DNA from: a virus
Taxonomy: Duplodnaviria; Caudoviricetes
IMG/VR virus record: IMGVR_UViG_3300012933_000030
Location: 1 to 35,356 of that record
Direction: 5' to 3' (one strand)
Length of the DNA: 35,356 nucleotides
The translations under genes were made by a program, and so were the position numbers. Shown piece by piece: positions 26,831 to 33,926 of this stretch (positions within the stretch are counted from its first letter, which is position 1; the number at the start of each line of letters is the position of its first letter). Under the pieces are notes generated by a model. That model had not been told where the DNA came from, made no database searches, and worked only from the letters and a program-made list of their open reading frames with translations.

Positions 26831-26921
26831 TGCGTTTATTCCCAAAGATACGATCAAAGTTGTTGGCATACGCCTCATGGTCTGTTGGGCGCTGTGTGCT
26901 GCCCTTGCCTCCATCAGACAT
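26721..26921 (-). CDS. Small phage protein (MSDGGKGS...FDRIFG type)
   Basis: ATG 26921 overlaps the end of the upstream ORF; N-terminal GKGS..RP...NFDRIFG motif recalled from other phages. Confidence 0.5.
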   Translation of the reverse strand: MSDGGKGSTQRPTDHEAYANNFDRIFGNKRNASDEETRRLVLGQQGAVPDQAESHPSGPSSPCQRI

Positions 26922-27168
26922 TTGCCACCTCAACTGGTTTGGGTAGTTTAACGTCATGGAACGTATAAAGCCACACTTGTTTGCGGCCTTTGGGCTTATC
27001 GCTCTTGATCTGTTCGCGTGTCATATACCGCTGTCTGCGGAAATAGCACAGAGCCATTGACACTTGGCTTGGCTTTAGGTCTGGCAGTGCATTGTTAATG
27101 TCTGCCAGTGTTAGCGGTTTCTGTTCCGTCTTAAAGACATTACGGACACGGACTGCTGCGTTTGCCAT
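26914..27168 (-). CDS. Small winged-helix-like DNA-binding protein
   Basis: Basic 84 aa; PLTLADI...LKPSQVSMAL...VWLY pattern; GGGGG SD. Confidence 0.55.
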   Translation of the reverse strand: MANAAVRVRNVFKTEQKPLTLADINNALPDLKPSQVSMALCYFRRQRYMTREQIKSDKPKGRKQVWLYTFHDVKLPKPVEVANV

Positions 27169-27210
27169 ATAACCCCCATTGCTGAATGAGGGCTAATAGT
27201 AGCACTACTA

Positions 27211-28278
27211 TTATTGAAGTTTAGATAGCCATTGCTCATAAACTTGTTTGGCAATTTGGGCCGTCATCACAGGTGGAACGCTCATTCCAATCATGTAATG
27301 TGGCTTTTGACCACAAAAATCATAGTCTTGTGGATAACTGCCAATGCTACAAGCCTCTTGTTTGCTTGTGAACTTTGGCGCATCAAACAAAACAAGGCTA
27401 TCTTCGTGTGATGTAAGCGTGGTTGCTACTTTATTTTTGTACAAATAACTTTGAGAAAAGTAACTTTTCCTACCTTCCAATCGAAAACAAGCCGCCTCCA
27501 TTGAAGAATCGTTTTCTTGCCTTGCTTCCCAAATCTTTGTCATATTTTCACTAAGATTTCGGCCTTCACAATCTTGAATTTCGCCAAATACGACGGGTTT
27601 TTCATTAAATTTGAGTTGAAGTTTTGGAGCAACAGTAAACATATCTACAGATTCCAAAAATGGTTCTGCCAAGTCTTTGCGTAAAGCCACAAAGAAAACG
27701 CGCTCACGCCTTTGTGGAACACCCATTGTTGAACCATCTAATAACCAATGTTGGACTATGTAGCCTGCAGCATCAAATTCATCATAGATGCGTGAAACAT
27801 AGGTTCTAGCATCACCTAACAACAATCCTTTGACGTTTTCGGCAATTACAACCTTTGGTTGTAGTTTTTTAGCCAACTCAATGAAATCAAAGAAAAGCGT
27901 GTCTAACACTTGTTCCGCTTGACCTTCACGAAACTTTTTTTCTTTACCCCAATCTGCTTCTCGGCTTCCGGCCATTGAAAAACTAGAACAAGGTGGAGAA
28001 CCATCCAAAATATCTAAGTCGTACAGTTCTTTTGGTAAGTCATCACGCAACTTAAATTCTTGGATTGGCTCTAGGTAAGCATATTTTGGGTTGTGATTGG
28101 TTTTGTAAGCATCAATCATCTTTGGGTCAATTTCGTTGCACCCAAGAACGTCAAAACCAGCCAATTTGTAGCCCATTGTTGAGCCACCACCACAAGCAAA
28201 GCACGAAAAGACTTTTCCTTTGTCTTTTGTAAAGTTAGCCTCTGCCAATGTCCATTTGTAAGGAAAATTATGTGTCAT
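27211..28278 (-). CDS. DNA (cytosine-5) methyltransferase (start moved to ATG 28278)
   Basis: Motif I FACGGG, IV GSPPCSSFS, VI ENVKG, VIII PQRRERVF, IX/X SYPQDY...IGMSVPP. Confidence 0.93.
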   Translation of the reverse strand: MTHNFPYKWTLAEANFTKDKGKVFSCFACGGGSTMGYKLAGFDVLGCNEIDPKMIDAYKTNHNPKYAYLEPIQEFKLRDDLPKELYDLDILDGSPPCSSFSMAGSREADWGKEKKFREGQAEQVLDTLFFDFIELAKKLQPKVVIAENVKGLLLGDARTYVSRIYDEFDAAGYIVQHWLLDGSTMGVPQRRERVFFVALRKDLAEPFLESVDMFTVAPKLQLKFNEKPVVFGEIQDCEGRNLSENMTKIWEARQENDSSMEAACFRLEGRKSYFSQSYLYKNKVATTLTSHEDSLVLFDAPKFTSKQEACSIGSYPQDYDFCGQKPHYMIGMSVPPVMTAQIAKQVYEQWLSKLQ

Positions 28279-28279
28279 A

Positions 28280-28447
28280 TTATTTTGTGTGTTGAACAAT
28301 GATGCACTCGTTGGCGTGTGTGATGCCTTTTGCATCCACATAGGATTCACCACATCCAGCCATCCATTCAATGAACAGCACAGCCAAGATAGAACCAATG
28401 ACAACTGCCAGCGTGACCTGACCCAAGATTTCAAATGCTTTTTTCAT
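28280..28447 (-). CDS. Small membrane protein (not in ORF track)
   Basis: MKKAFEILGQVTLAVVIGSILAVLFIEWMAGCGESYVDAKGITHANECIIVQHTK; AAGGA SD; one hydrophobic helix. Confidence 0.7.
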   Translation of the reverse strand: MKKAFEILGQVTLAVVIGSILAVLFIEWMAGCGESYVDAKGITHANECIIVQHTK

Positions 28448-28485
28448 GTTTAATTCCTTTATAGAGCGTTGTTGCTCTGGTTACT

Positions 28486-28514
28486 ATTATAAACACATTA
28501 AAAAGACGTTGCAC
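28486..28514 (-). promoter_or_regulatory. Sigma70-like promoter
   Basis: GTGCAA-N17-TATAAT, just downstream of a terminator; the -35 lies inside an AAAAGAC/GTCTTTT inverted repeat. Confidence 0.6.
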
Positions 28515-28537
28515 ATAGTCTTTTGCATAAATACAAC

Positions 28538-28562
28538 AAAAAAAGCCCCCAATGAAGGGGGC
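28538..28562 (-). terminator. Rho-independent terminator after ssb
   Basis: GCCCCC-TTCATT-GGGGGC-TTTTTTT on the minus strand. Confidence 0.85.
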
Positions 28563-28587
28563 AAAGGCTCCTGCAAAGGAGAAAAGG

Positions 28588-28678
28588 TTGTTGATAGGTA
28601 CTCGCATAAAGCAGCGTCTACTTGCTTATCTACTACAAAAATTGGGTAACGGCGCTAACCCGTTTTACCTATCAACAA
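28588..28678 (-). ncRNA. Candidate structured RNA downstream of ssb
   Basis: Perfect 13-bp closing stem TTGTTGATAGGTA/TACCTATCAACAA enclosing internal hairpins. Confidence 0.45.
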
Positions 28679-28692
28679 TTTACGATTATGGT

Positions 28693-29097
28693 TTAAAAAG
28701 GAATGTCATCCTCATTGAACGGTTCAGGCTCTGGTGGCGCTGATTTGGATGGTGCTGCGCCTTCTGTGCGCGTACTCAACATATCCATCTTCTCTGCCAC
28801 CACTTTAGTCGAGAACTTCTCCACACCGTTTTTATCGGTGTATTTCTCAGTCTTCAATTTGCCCTCAACGTAGACCTTTGAGCCTTTCTTGAGGTACTCG
28901 CCAGCGATTTCAGCCAACTTGCCAAACATGACCACGTTGACCCACTCAGTGACTTCTTTCCAATCACCGCTGTTTTTGTCTTTGTACTTCTCGGATATGG
29001 CGATGCTGAAGTTGCACACTGCATTGCCGTTAGGCATGAAGCGCATTTCAGGGTCACGCCCCAGGTTACCGATACCAATGAACTTGTTTACTGACAT
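28693..29097 (-). CDS. ssb: Single-stranded DNA-binding protein
   Basis: [31 protein letters not shown] and acidic DDIPF C-terminus. Confidence 0.97.
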   Translation of the reverse strand: MSVNKFIGIGNLGRDPEMRFMPNGNAVCNFSIAISEKYKDKNSGDWKEVTEWVNVVMFGKLAEIAGEYLKKGSKVYVEGKLKTEKYTDKNGVEKFSTKVVAEKMDMLSTRTEGAAPSKSAPPEPEPFNEDDIPF

Positions 29098-29098
29098 A

Positions 29099-29734
29099 TT
29101 ATTCCTCTAGTTTGATGATTAAATTTTCCACTTCGGCTAAGAATTTCTCAACCTCGGCTTTCATTTCCGCAATGAGGTCTTCATCGCGTTCTGTCCGCAC
29201 AATCAGCAGTTGATTGCGCTTGGGCAGTCTTGGGTCATAGGAAACAAAGTCGCACCATTTGCGGCCTGTTACCCATAGTTGACATTGGATTTGCTTGTAA
29301 TACTCAGTTGGCACTTTGTTGTCAAACAGGTATTGCAAATGCGTTGTGGTGTTGGGGCATTTGATCTCAACCAAACCATCCTCACCCACCAAGCGGTCAG
29401 GCGATACGCCAAGCCACTTCACATCTTCACAAGGCCAAAAGCCCGTCTTGTCAGCAAACACGCCTTTGGCTGCTTCGTACTCAATGGCGGCAAATTGCTC
29501 TTGCTCAACGCCCCACTCCATAGCAGAACTGCTAAATGATTCAGCAGCCGTACCTGTCAAGCGTTCTGCAACCAAGCGCACTTTGTATTTGTAACGCCCA
29601 ATAGCCTCTGCGTTGCCTTTGCCTTTACTCATCACTTCAGCAATGTTGCTGGCAGTAACGTGACCAAGGCGAATCTGCTTCCACAGGTCTGTGCCTTGTT
29701 CTACTGTGCGTGGGTCAAATATTGTGTCTGTCAT
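29099..29734 (-). CDS. YqaJ / lambda-exonuclease family recombination nuclease
   Basis: QGT..W...[22 protein letters not shown] and QIQCQLWVT...CDFVSYDPR. Confidence 0.93.
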   Translation of the reverse strand: MTDTIFDPRTVEQGTDLWKQIRLGHVTASNIAEVMSKGKGNAEAIGRYKYKVRLVAERLTGTAAESFSSSAMEWGVEQEQFAAIEYEAAKGVFADKTGFWPCEDVKWLGVSPDRLVGEDGLVEIKCPNTTTHLQYLFDNKVPTEYYKQIQCQLWVTGRKWCDFVSYDPRLPKRNQLLIVRTERDEDLIAEMKAEVEKFLAEVENLIIKLEE

Positions 29735-29865
29735 GCTTCACCTCTTAGTATTTTCATTGCCTCATCATGACCTTTGGCAATGTGTTCTTGAGCCGATACA
29801 TCTGCCCAACAAGCAATTCCAACGCAAATCAACGGGACAAATATACAAAGTAAAAGTTCAATCAT
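29731..29865 (-). CDS. Small hydrophobic hypothetical protein (not in ORF track)
   Basis: [44 protein letters not shown]; ATGA overlaps at both ends. Confidence 0.6.
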   Translation of the reverse strand: MIELLLCIFVPLICVGIACWADVSAQEHIAKGHDEAMKILRGEA

Positions 29866-30134
29866 TTTTCCCCCCTTGTTCGTATTAACTCTGAACAGAG
29901 CAAGTCAAGCCGTTTTCCGTTGTATGTGTTGACAAAAGCATTGTCGTCTTGGTTTTTCCAGCAAAGATTTGCACACGCCTCACGCTCTTTGGCTGCTACC
30001 AGTTTGGCAAATGCCGTTAGGTCTGTGAGATATGTGCAAGACAGATATGCTTCATCAAACTCAGTAATTAGTTGCGCTTCTTTGTCTGAAATCCACGCCT
30101 GTCTAGCCATTTCAATGATTTCATCTTGTGTCAT
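29862..30134 (-). CDS. Hypothetical phage protein
   Basis: MTQDEIIEMARQA...AFAKLVAAKEREACA...IRTRGEK, a common accessory protein pattern. Confidence 0.7.
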   Translation of the reverse strand: MTQDEIIEMARQAWISDKEAQLITEFDEAYLSCTYLTDLTAFAKLVAAKEREACANLCWKNQDDNAFVNTYNGKRLDLLCSELIRTRGEK

Positions 30135-30135
30135 A

Positions 30136-30285
30136 TTAAGTCATCCAAAGGTAAAAGCCGTGAAGGATGCCAATGGGGAAAAAGATAGCGCCAGCCACCA
30201 AGAAACCCCAAAAGCCTTGAGCAAAGCAGGTGAAAATGTGCGTCAGCCATGCAAAGAAACAGATGAATGCAACAAGTTGTCCCAT
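30136..30285 (-). CDS. Small membrane protein (not in ORF track)
   Basis: MGQLVAFICFFAWLTHIFTCFAQGFWGFLVAGAIFFPIGILHGFYLWMT; TAATG coupling to the MazG-like gene. Confidence 0.65.
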   Translation of the reverse strand: MGQLVAFICFFAWLTHIFTCFAQGFWGFLVAGAIFFPIGILHGFYLWMT

Positions 30286-30590
30286 TACGCTTCTTTCACA
30301 AAGATGCCATCGGCAGTGAGATAACCCTTGCGGTCCTTGATTTCGTTGTAAGCACCTTCAAGGCACGTTACAAGGTCAAGGTCAACACAGGCACAACCCA
30401 TGATTAGCGTCACCAGAATGTCGCCATAAGCGTCTGCAATGGCTGCGCGGTCGTTGTTTCGCAGAGCATCAACCAGTTCGTCAAGTTCCTCTTGCGTCTT
30501 GATTGCTTGGGCTGCTGCGGTGCTGTTTTGCACAATGCCACGGGCTTCACCCCATTGGATTGTTTTCATTTCCAATTCTGAATAACTCAT
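30285..30590 (-). CDS. MazG-like nucleotide pyrophosphohydrolase
   Basis: KTQEELDEL...DAYGDILVTLI...AYNEIKDRKG. Confidence 0.85.
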   Translation of the reverse strand: MSYSELEMKTIQWGEARGIVQNSTAAAQAIKTQEELDELVDALRNNDRAAIADAYGDILVTLIMGCACVDLDLVTCLEGAYNEIKDRKGYLTADGIFVKEA

Positions 30591-31135
30591 GCTGCCTCCA
30601 ATGCCGTCAATTCGGCTTTACGTTTGTCTTTAACTGCTTCCAATTGCTTCAATGCGTCTTGGTCGTTCTTGACCGTCTTAACCGCGCCAACGTACTTGAT
30701 ACGCAGGTCATCAAGGTTATGCGCCTCGGCAATAAATGCAATGATTGGTCCAAGGTCAACAGGCTCTGGTTCGCCTTCGCTTGGTACGTCTTCACCAGCA
30801 TAGATGTAAAGGCCAATGCCAAAGGTGGCAATGCACTTGGCAAGGCATCGCATCATTGCGTCTGATACCTTGCGGCTGTCAGGCGATTTGACCGCTTGGT
30901 TTTTGTTGTCCATTACTGGCAGGTGCATGGTCATTGACTTGCCCAAAGCGTACACAGTACAACGAACCATTACGGTTTCGCCAAAGAATGTTGGTTCGTG
31001 AAATTCCCAGTGTGCTGTTGGGTCTTCTTGTAACAGCGTATCAACAGCCCATGCCCATGACAGGTATGACAAATTGCCTTTCTTTTCAATGTGCTGGTTT
31101 ACATTGATTGTGCGTAGGTCTTTAAACGTCTTCAT
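30587..31135 (-). CDS. Single-strand annealing protein (Sak3/DUF1071, Rad52-like)
   Basis: EKKGNLSYLSWAWA, LPVMD and MRCLAKCIATFGIGLYIYAGED. Confidence 0.88.
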   Translation of the reverse strand: MKTFKDLRTINVNQHIEKKGNLSYLSWAWAVDTLLQEDPTAHWEFHEPTFFGETVMVRCTVYALGKSMTMHLPVMDNKNQAVKSPDSRKVSDAMMRCLAKCIATFGIGLYIYAGEDVPSEGEPEPVDLGPIIAFIAEAHNLDDLRIKYVGAVKTVKNDQDALKQLEAVKDKRKAELTALEAA

Positions 31136-31443
31136 TTGTATGTCCTCATTTGGATGATTGCTTCAGCACGAATCACGGCTGTGTCTTGGCAATAGTCAAC
31201 AACAAAGTCGTAGACCAGTTTGCCTAGTTCGTCATAATTCTTGGTTTCAAGGATTTGCTTCAACGCTTCGTTGAATTCCTTGTTGTCCAAACAAGCGCCT
31301 TCGTTAATGGCTTGCATGAACACGCTAGGGTTGCGTGGGTCTAACTCGTCTTCCATGAGTTGCTCAACAATGTCGCTGATTGCGTCTTGTTCCTCATAGT
31401 GCGCTTGAATTGGCGCTTCTAACCACCTGTCGTATGCTGTCAT
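31132..31443 (-). CDS. Hypothetical protein, first gene of the leftward operon
   Basis: AAGGA SD; acidic 103 aa; ATGA overlap with the annealase. Confidence 0.7.
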   Translation of the reverse strand: MTAYDRWLEAPIQAHYEEQDAISDIVEQLMEDELDPRNPSVFMQAINEGACLDNKEFNEALKQILETKNYDELGKLVYDFVVDYCQDTAVIRAEAIIQMRTYK

Positions 31444-31484
31444 GTTTAATTTCCTTTTCGATGTATCGCGTGGTTGCGATGATG

Positions 31485-31516
31485 TATTATAAACACACTT
31501 TCACCATCTATTACAA
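31485..31516 (-). promoter_or_regulatory. Leftward early promoter
   Basis: TGTGTTTATAATA identical to the promoter at 28485-28497; -35 is less clear (TTGTAA at 19 nt spacing). Confidence 0.55.
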
Positions 31517-31518
31517 CA

Positions 31519-31881
31519 ATGCTCAATCTTTTTTTACCTTATCCACCAAGCATAAATACCTATTGGAATTTCAATGGGTCTAGACGTTTTCTTACACCAA
31601 AAGCCAATCAATTCAAAGTTAAAGTGTTTGAGGCGTTTTATTTGTCAGAACATAAAGGTTTTCAGGCTCAACGGGTGAGCCTGACCGTACATTTGTACCC
31701 ACCAGACAAACGGGTGCGTGACATTGACAACATAGCCAAGCCATTGCTTGATGCGCTTACACAGGCTGGCGTGTTCAATGATGATAGTCAAGTGGACCGT
31801 TTGTTGATTGTGCGAAAAGAACAACAAAAAGGTGGGGGCTGTCGGGTTCTGATTGATGTTCCTCTGGAATCGTGTATATAA
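31519..31881 (+). CDS. rusA: RusA-family Holliday junction resolvase
   Basis: LPYPPSINTYW and PPDKRVRDIDNIAKPLLDAL...DDSQV. Confidence 0.93.
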   Translation: MLNLFLPYPPSINTYWNFNGSRRFLTPKANQFKVKVFEAFYLSEHKGFQAQRVSLTVHLYPPDKRVRDIDNIAKPLLDALTQAGVFNDDSQVDRLLIVRKEQQKGGGCRVLIDVPLESCI

Positions 31882-31882
31882 T
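31853..31882 (+). promoter_or_regulatory. Sigma70-like promoter upstream of the replication initiator leader
   Basis: TTGATG-N18-TATAAT. Confidence 0.6.
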
Positions 31883-31891
31883 CATTTTCAA

Positions 31892-32006
31892 GACGCTTGG
31901 CGGCGTTATCACAGTGGGGTTACACATGAAGTCTGCTGGTACTGTGCCAGTCCGCCAACATCCGTAAGGGTGAGACTTCAGGTGTAGCCCCTTTTTTATT
32001 GGGGTT
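31892..32006 (+). ncRNA. Structured leader RNA (multi-stem junction, c4-antisense-like architecture)
   Basis: Nested stems GGGGTTACAC/GTGTAGCCCC, TGAAGTCT/AGACTTCA, CTGGTAC/GTGCCAG and CATCC-GTAA-GGGTG; TTGGCGG is complementary to CCGCCAA; followed by T6. Confidence 0.65.
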
Positions 32007-32008
32007 TT

Positions 32009-32794
32009 ATGCATTACTACAAAAGGAATCTTGGAGACTATGCCAAGAAAGCGGGTCGTTTGACCATGTTGCAACACGGTGCGTACACGCTTTTGATTGA
32101 TTCGTGCTATGACCGTGAGATTTTTCCAACGCTTGAGCAGGCGCTTGAATGGACTTGGGCATCAACCGAGGCTGAAATTGAAGCAGTCAAATTTGTGTTG
32201 AGTCGGTTTTTTACGCTTGATAAAGATGGGTGTTATGTGCAAGACCGCATCCTTTGCGAGTTGCTTGAATATCATGCCAAAGCAGACACAAACAAACGAA
32301 TCGCTATCGAACGTGAAACAAAACGTAAAGAGAAAAGCACGAACCGTGTACAAAGCGTAAACGATGCGTCACCTAACCATAAACCACTAACCATTAACCA
32401 TAAACCAAAGAAAGAAGCAACTGTCGTTGCACCGCCTGATGGCGTTGTTGTTTCTCAATCTGTTTGGGATGAATTTATTGCTCATCGTAAAGCCAAAAAA
32501 GCCAAGGTTACGCAATTGGTGATTGATGGAATTTACAAAGAAGCAATAAAGGCCAATTGGACTTTAGAGGATGCGCTTAAAGAAACTATTGTGCGTAATT
32601 GGCAATCATTTAAAGCCGAGTGGGTGGAGACAAAAGCATTTAGGTTTGGCAATAAGGCAGATGTTGCTAACGTGACCACACCTGCACCACCAAACCAAGA
32701 TGCTGCCCTACGCAAGATTGAAGCAGATGCCAAAAAAGCAACACCAATTCCAGATAGTGTGCGTTTATTTGCTCAACGCATCAAAGTATCATAG
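32009..32794 (+). CDS. Replication initiator-like protein (DUF1376/YdaU family)
   Basis: MHYYKRNLGDY...LTMLQHGAY.LLID..Y; internal NHKPLTINHKP repeats; C-terminal W.EF..HRKAKK...WQSFKAEW. Confidence 0.85.
   Translation: MHYYKRNLGDYAKKAGRLTMLQHGAYTLLIDSCYDREIFPTLEQALEWTWASTEAEIEAVKFVLSRFFTLDKDGCYVQDRILCELLEYHAKADTNKRIAIERETKRKEKSTNRVQSVNDASPNHKPLTINHKPKKEATVVAPPDGVVVSQSVWDEFIAHRKAKKAKVTQLVIDGIYKEAIKANWTLEDALKETIVRNWQSFKAEWVETKAFRFGNKADVANVTTPAPPNQDAALRKIEADAKKATPIPDSVRLFAQRIKVS
32374..32408 (+). repeat. Five tandem 7-bp repeats (WAACCAH), candidate replication-origin iterons
   Basis: taaccat aaaccac taaccat taaccat aaaccaa inside the initiator gene. Confidence 0.6.
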
Positions 32795-32837
32795 TTATGA
32801 TGTATGATAGTTTTACACATTCAAAAAGGAACTAAAC

Positions 32838-33038
32838 ATGAAACAAGCCTACTGTGATTACATAGCGTTTTTGATACGCGAAAACCTTATGGCGCTAGAC
32901 AAGCGCAACCTGATTGATGAAGTTGGCAAAGTCCAATACGACCTTGGTTGGGATAGCGAATTGAAGACCACACTTAAAACCATAGACGTTCTGGATATGC
33001 AAGGCAAACAGTACCGAATCACCATCCAAGAATTATGA
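32838..33038 (+). CDS. Hypothetical protein
   Basis: AAGGA SD; 66 aa; ATGA overlap with the next gene. Confidence 0.7.
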   Translation: MKQAYCDYIAFLIRENLMALDKRNLIDEVGKVQYDLGWDSELKTTLKTIDVLDMQGKQYRITIQEL

Positions 33039-33271
33039 AATGTCCAGAATGCAACGCTCCAACCAGCGTTGACGCAACAAGAATCAAACCCAACGGAACA
33101 GTAGACAGAACCCGAACCTGTTTCAATTACCACACATTCAAAACCAATGAAATCATCACAAGCCCCATTAAGAGAAAAGATCAACCCGAACCACAAGTTG
33201 TACGGAGTGAGAGTCCAAGCCGTAAAGATGGCCCTAGAACAGTATGGGCCACAGTCCCGCGCAGAACTTGA
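33035..33271 (+). CDS. Zinc-ribbon protein
   Basis: MKCPEC...RTRTCFNYHTFKT (CxxC...CxxxH). Confidence 0.65.
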   Translation: MKCPECNAPTSVDATRIKPNGTVDRTRTCFNYHTFKTNEIITSPIKRKDQPEPQVVRSESPSRKDGPRTVWATVPRRT

Positions 33272-33575
33272 GCAATCGGCTGGTGTACGCAAAGATTTAA
33301 TTTCAGCAATCTTGTCGCGCATGAACAAAAACCTGCCGCGAGTTGGCAAACAAATCTATGTCTGCCGATACATTTATGACGCTGAAGGCGCAAGGCGTTA
33401 CCCAAGGGCTGTATACGCCCTAGGAAGCGGCAACGATGTGGCTAAACCCAAAGCCTCACCCAAAGAAAATAAACGCCGCTATGACGCTAAACGCATGGGC
33501 TTGTACCGCATGAACAGCGTCTTTAACCTTGGCAAATCACGCGATCAAATCCGCGCAGAAAGAAAAGCAGCATGA
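33147..33575 (+). CDS. Hypothetical basic, winged-helix-like protein (start uncertain)
   Basis: GPQSRAEL...ISAILSRM, YPRAVYALG and NSVFNLG; stop overlaps the next ATG. Confidence 0.6.
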   Translation: MKSSQAPLREKINPNHKLYGVRVQAVKMALEQYGPQSRAELEQSAGVRKDLISAILSRMNKNLPRVGKQIYVCRYIYDAEGARRYPRAVYALGSGNDVAKPKASPKENKRRYDAKRMGLYRMNSVFNLGKSRDQIRAERKAA

Positions 33576-33823
33576 TTAACGCCTTTCACCCCGATTACGT
33601 CAAGACGTATATGCCTGAGTTTCTCAAAGCCATTCGCCTTGAATCCAAGCAAACCGCAGCAGGTCAAACACTGTCTGCTTACGTTGAGGAGACACGCAAA
33701 CAAAAGCCTTTGCATGGCACTTTGTCAGGAATCAGCAAGACAAGAGTTTCAACCAAACCGCTTGAATTCATGTACTACAGCCGCGCTGGTATCAAAAACA
33801 CAACAGTAAAAAAGAAAGGTTGA
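33572..33823 (+). CDS. Hypothetical protein
   Basis: 83 aa ORF, translationally coupled; NAFHPDY N-terminus. Confidence 0.6.
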   Translation: MINAFHPDYVKTYMPEFLKAIRLESKQTAAGQTLSAYVEETRKQKPLHGTLSGISKTRVSTKPLEFMYYSRAGIKNTTVKKKG

Positions 33824-33824
33824 T

Positions 33825-33926
33825 ATGTGGCCCTTCCCTACCTGCCCACCAACGCCTTGGACTGCCAAGCAAATCAAAGAATACGCGCAACAACAACGCG
33901 CACAAACAGAGGATGCACTGCTATGA
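33825..33926 (+). CDS. Very small Pro-rich protein (not in ORF track)
   Basis: MWPFPTCPPTPWTAKQIKEYAQQQRAQTEDALL; GAAAGG SD; ATGA overlap with the next gene. Confidence 0.55.
   Translation: MWPFPTCPPTPWTAKQIKEYAQQQRAQTEDALL

Noticed and set aside
26831-26914. Upstream start (MEARAAHS) for the Dps-like ORF
   Set aside because: It overlaps the motif-bearing part of the MSDGGKGS ORF and has no clear SD; downstream ATGs fit better.
28279-28434. 52-aa N-terminal extension of the methyltransferase in the ORF track
   Set aside because: The region is better explained by a separate 55-aa gene with SD and promoter; methyltransferase motifs begin after ATG 28278.
31892-32000. tRNA gene
   Set aside because: Multi-stem but lacks the TTCRA T-loop, D-loop GG pattern, 7-nt anticodon loop and CCA end.
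33827-33922. GTG start extension of ORF 33827..34495
   Set aside because: Occupied by the MWPFP small ORF in another frame; ATG 33923 has a GAGGA SD and ATGA coupling.
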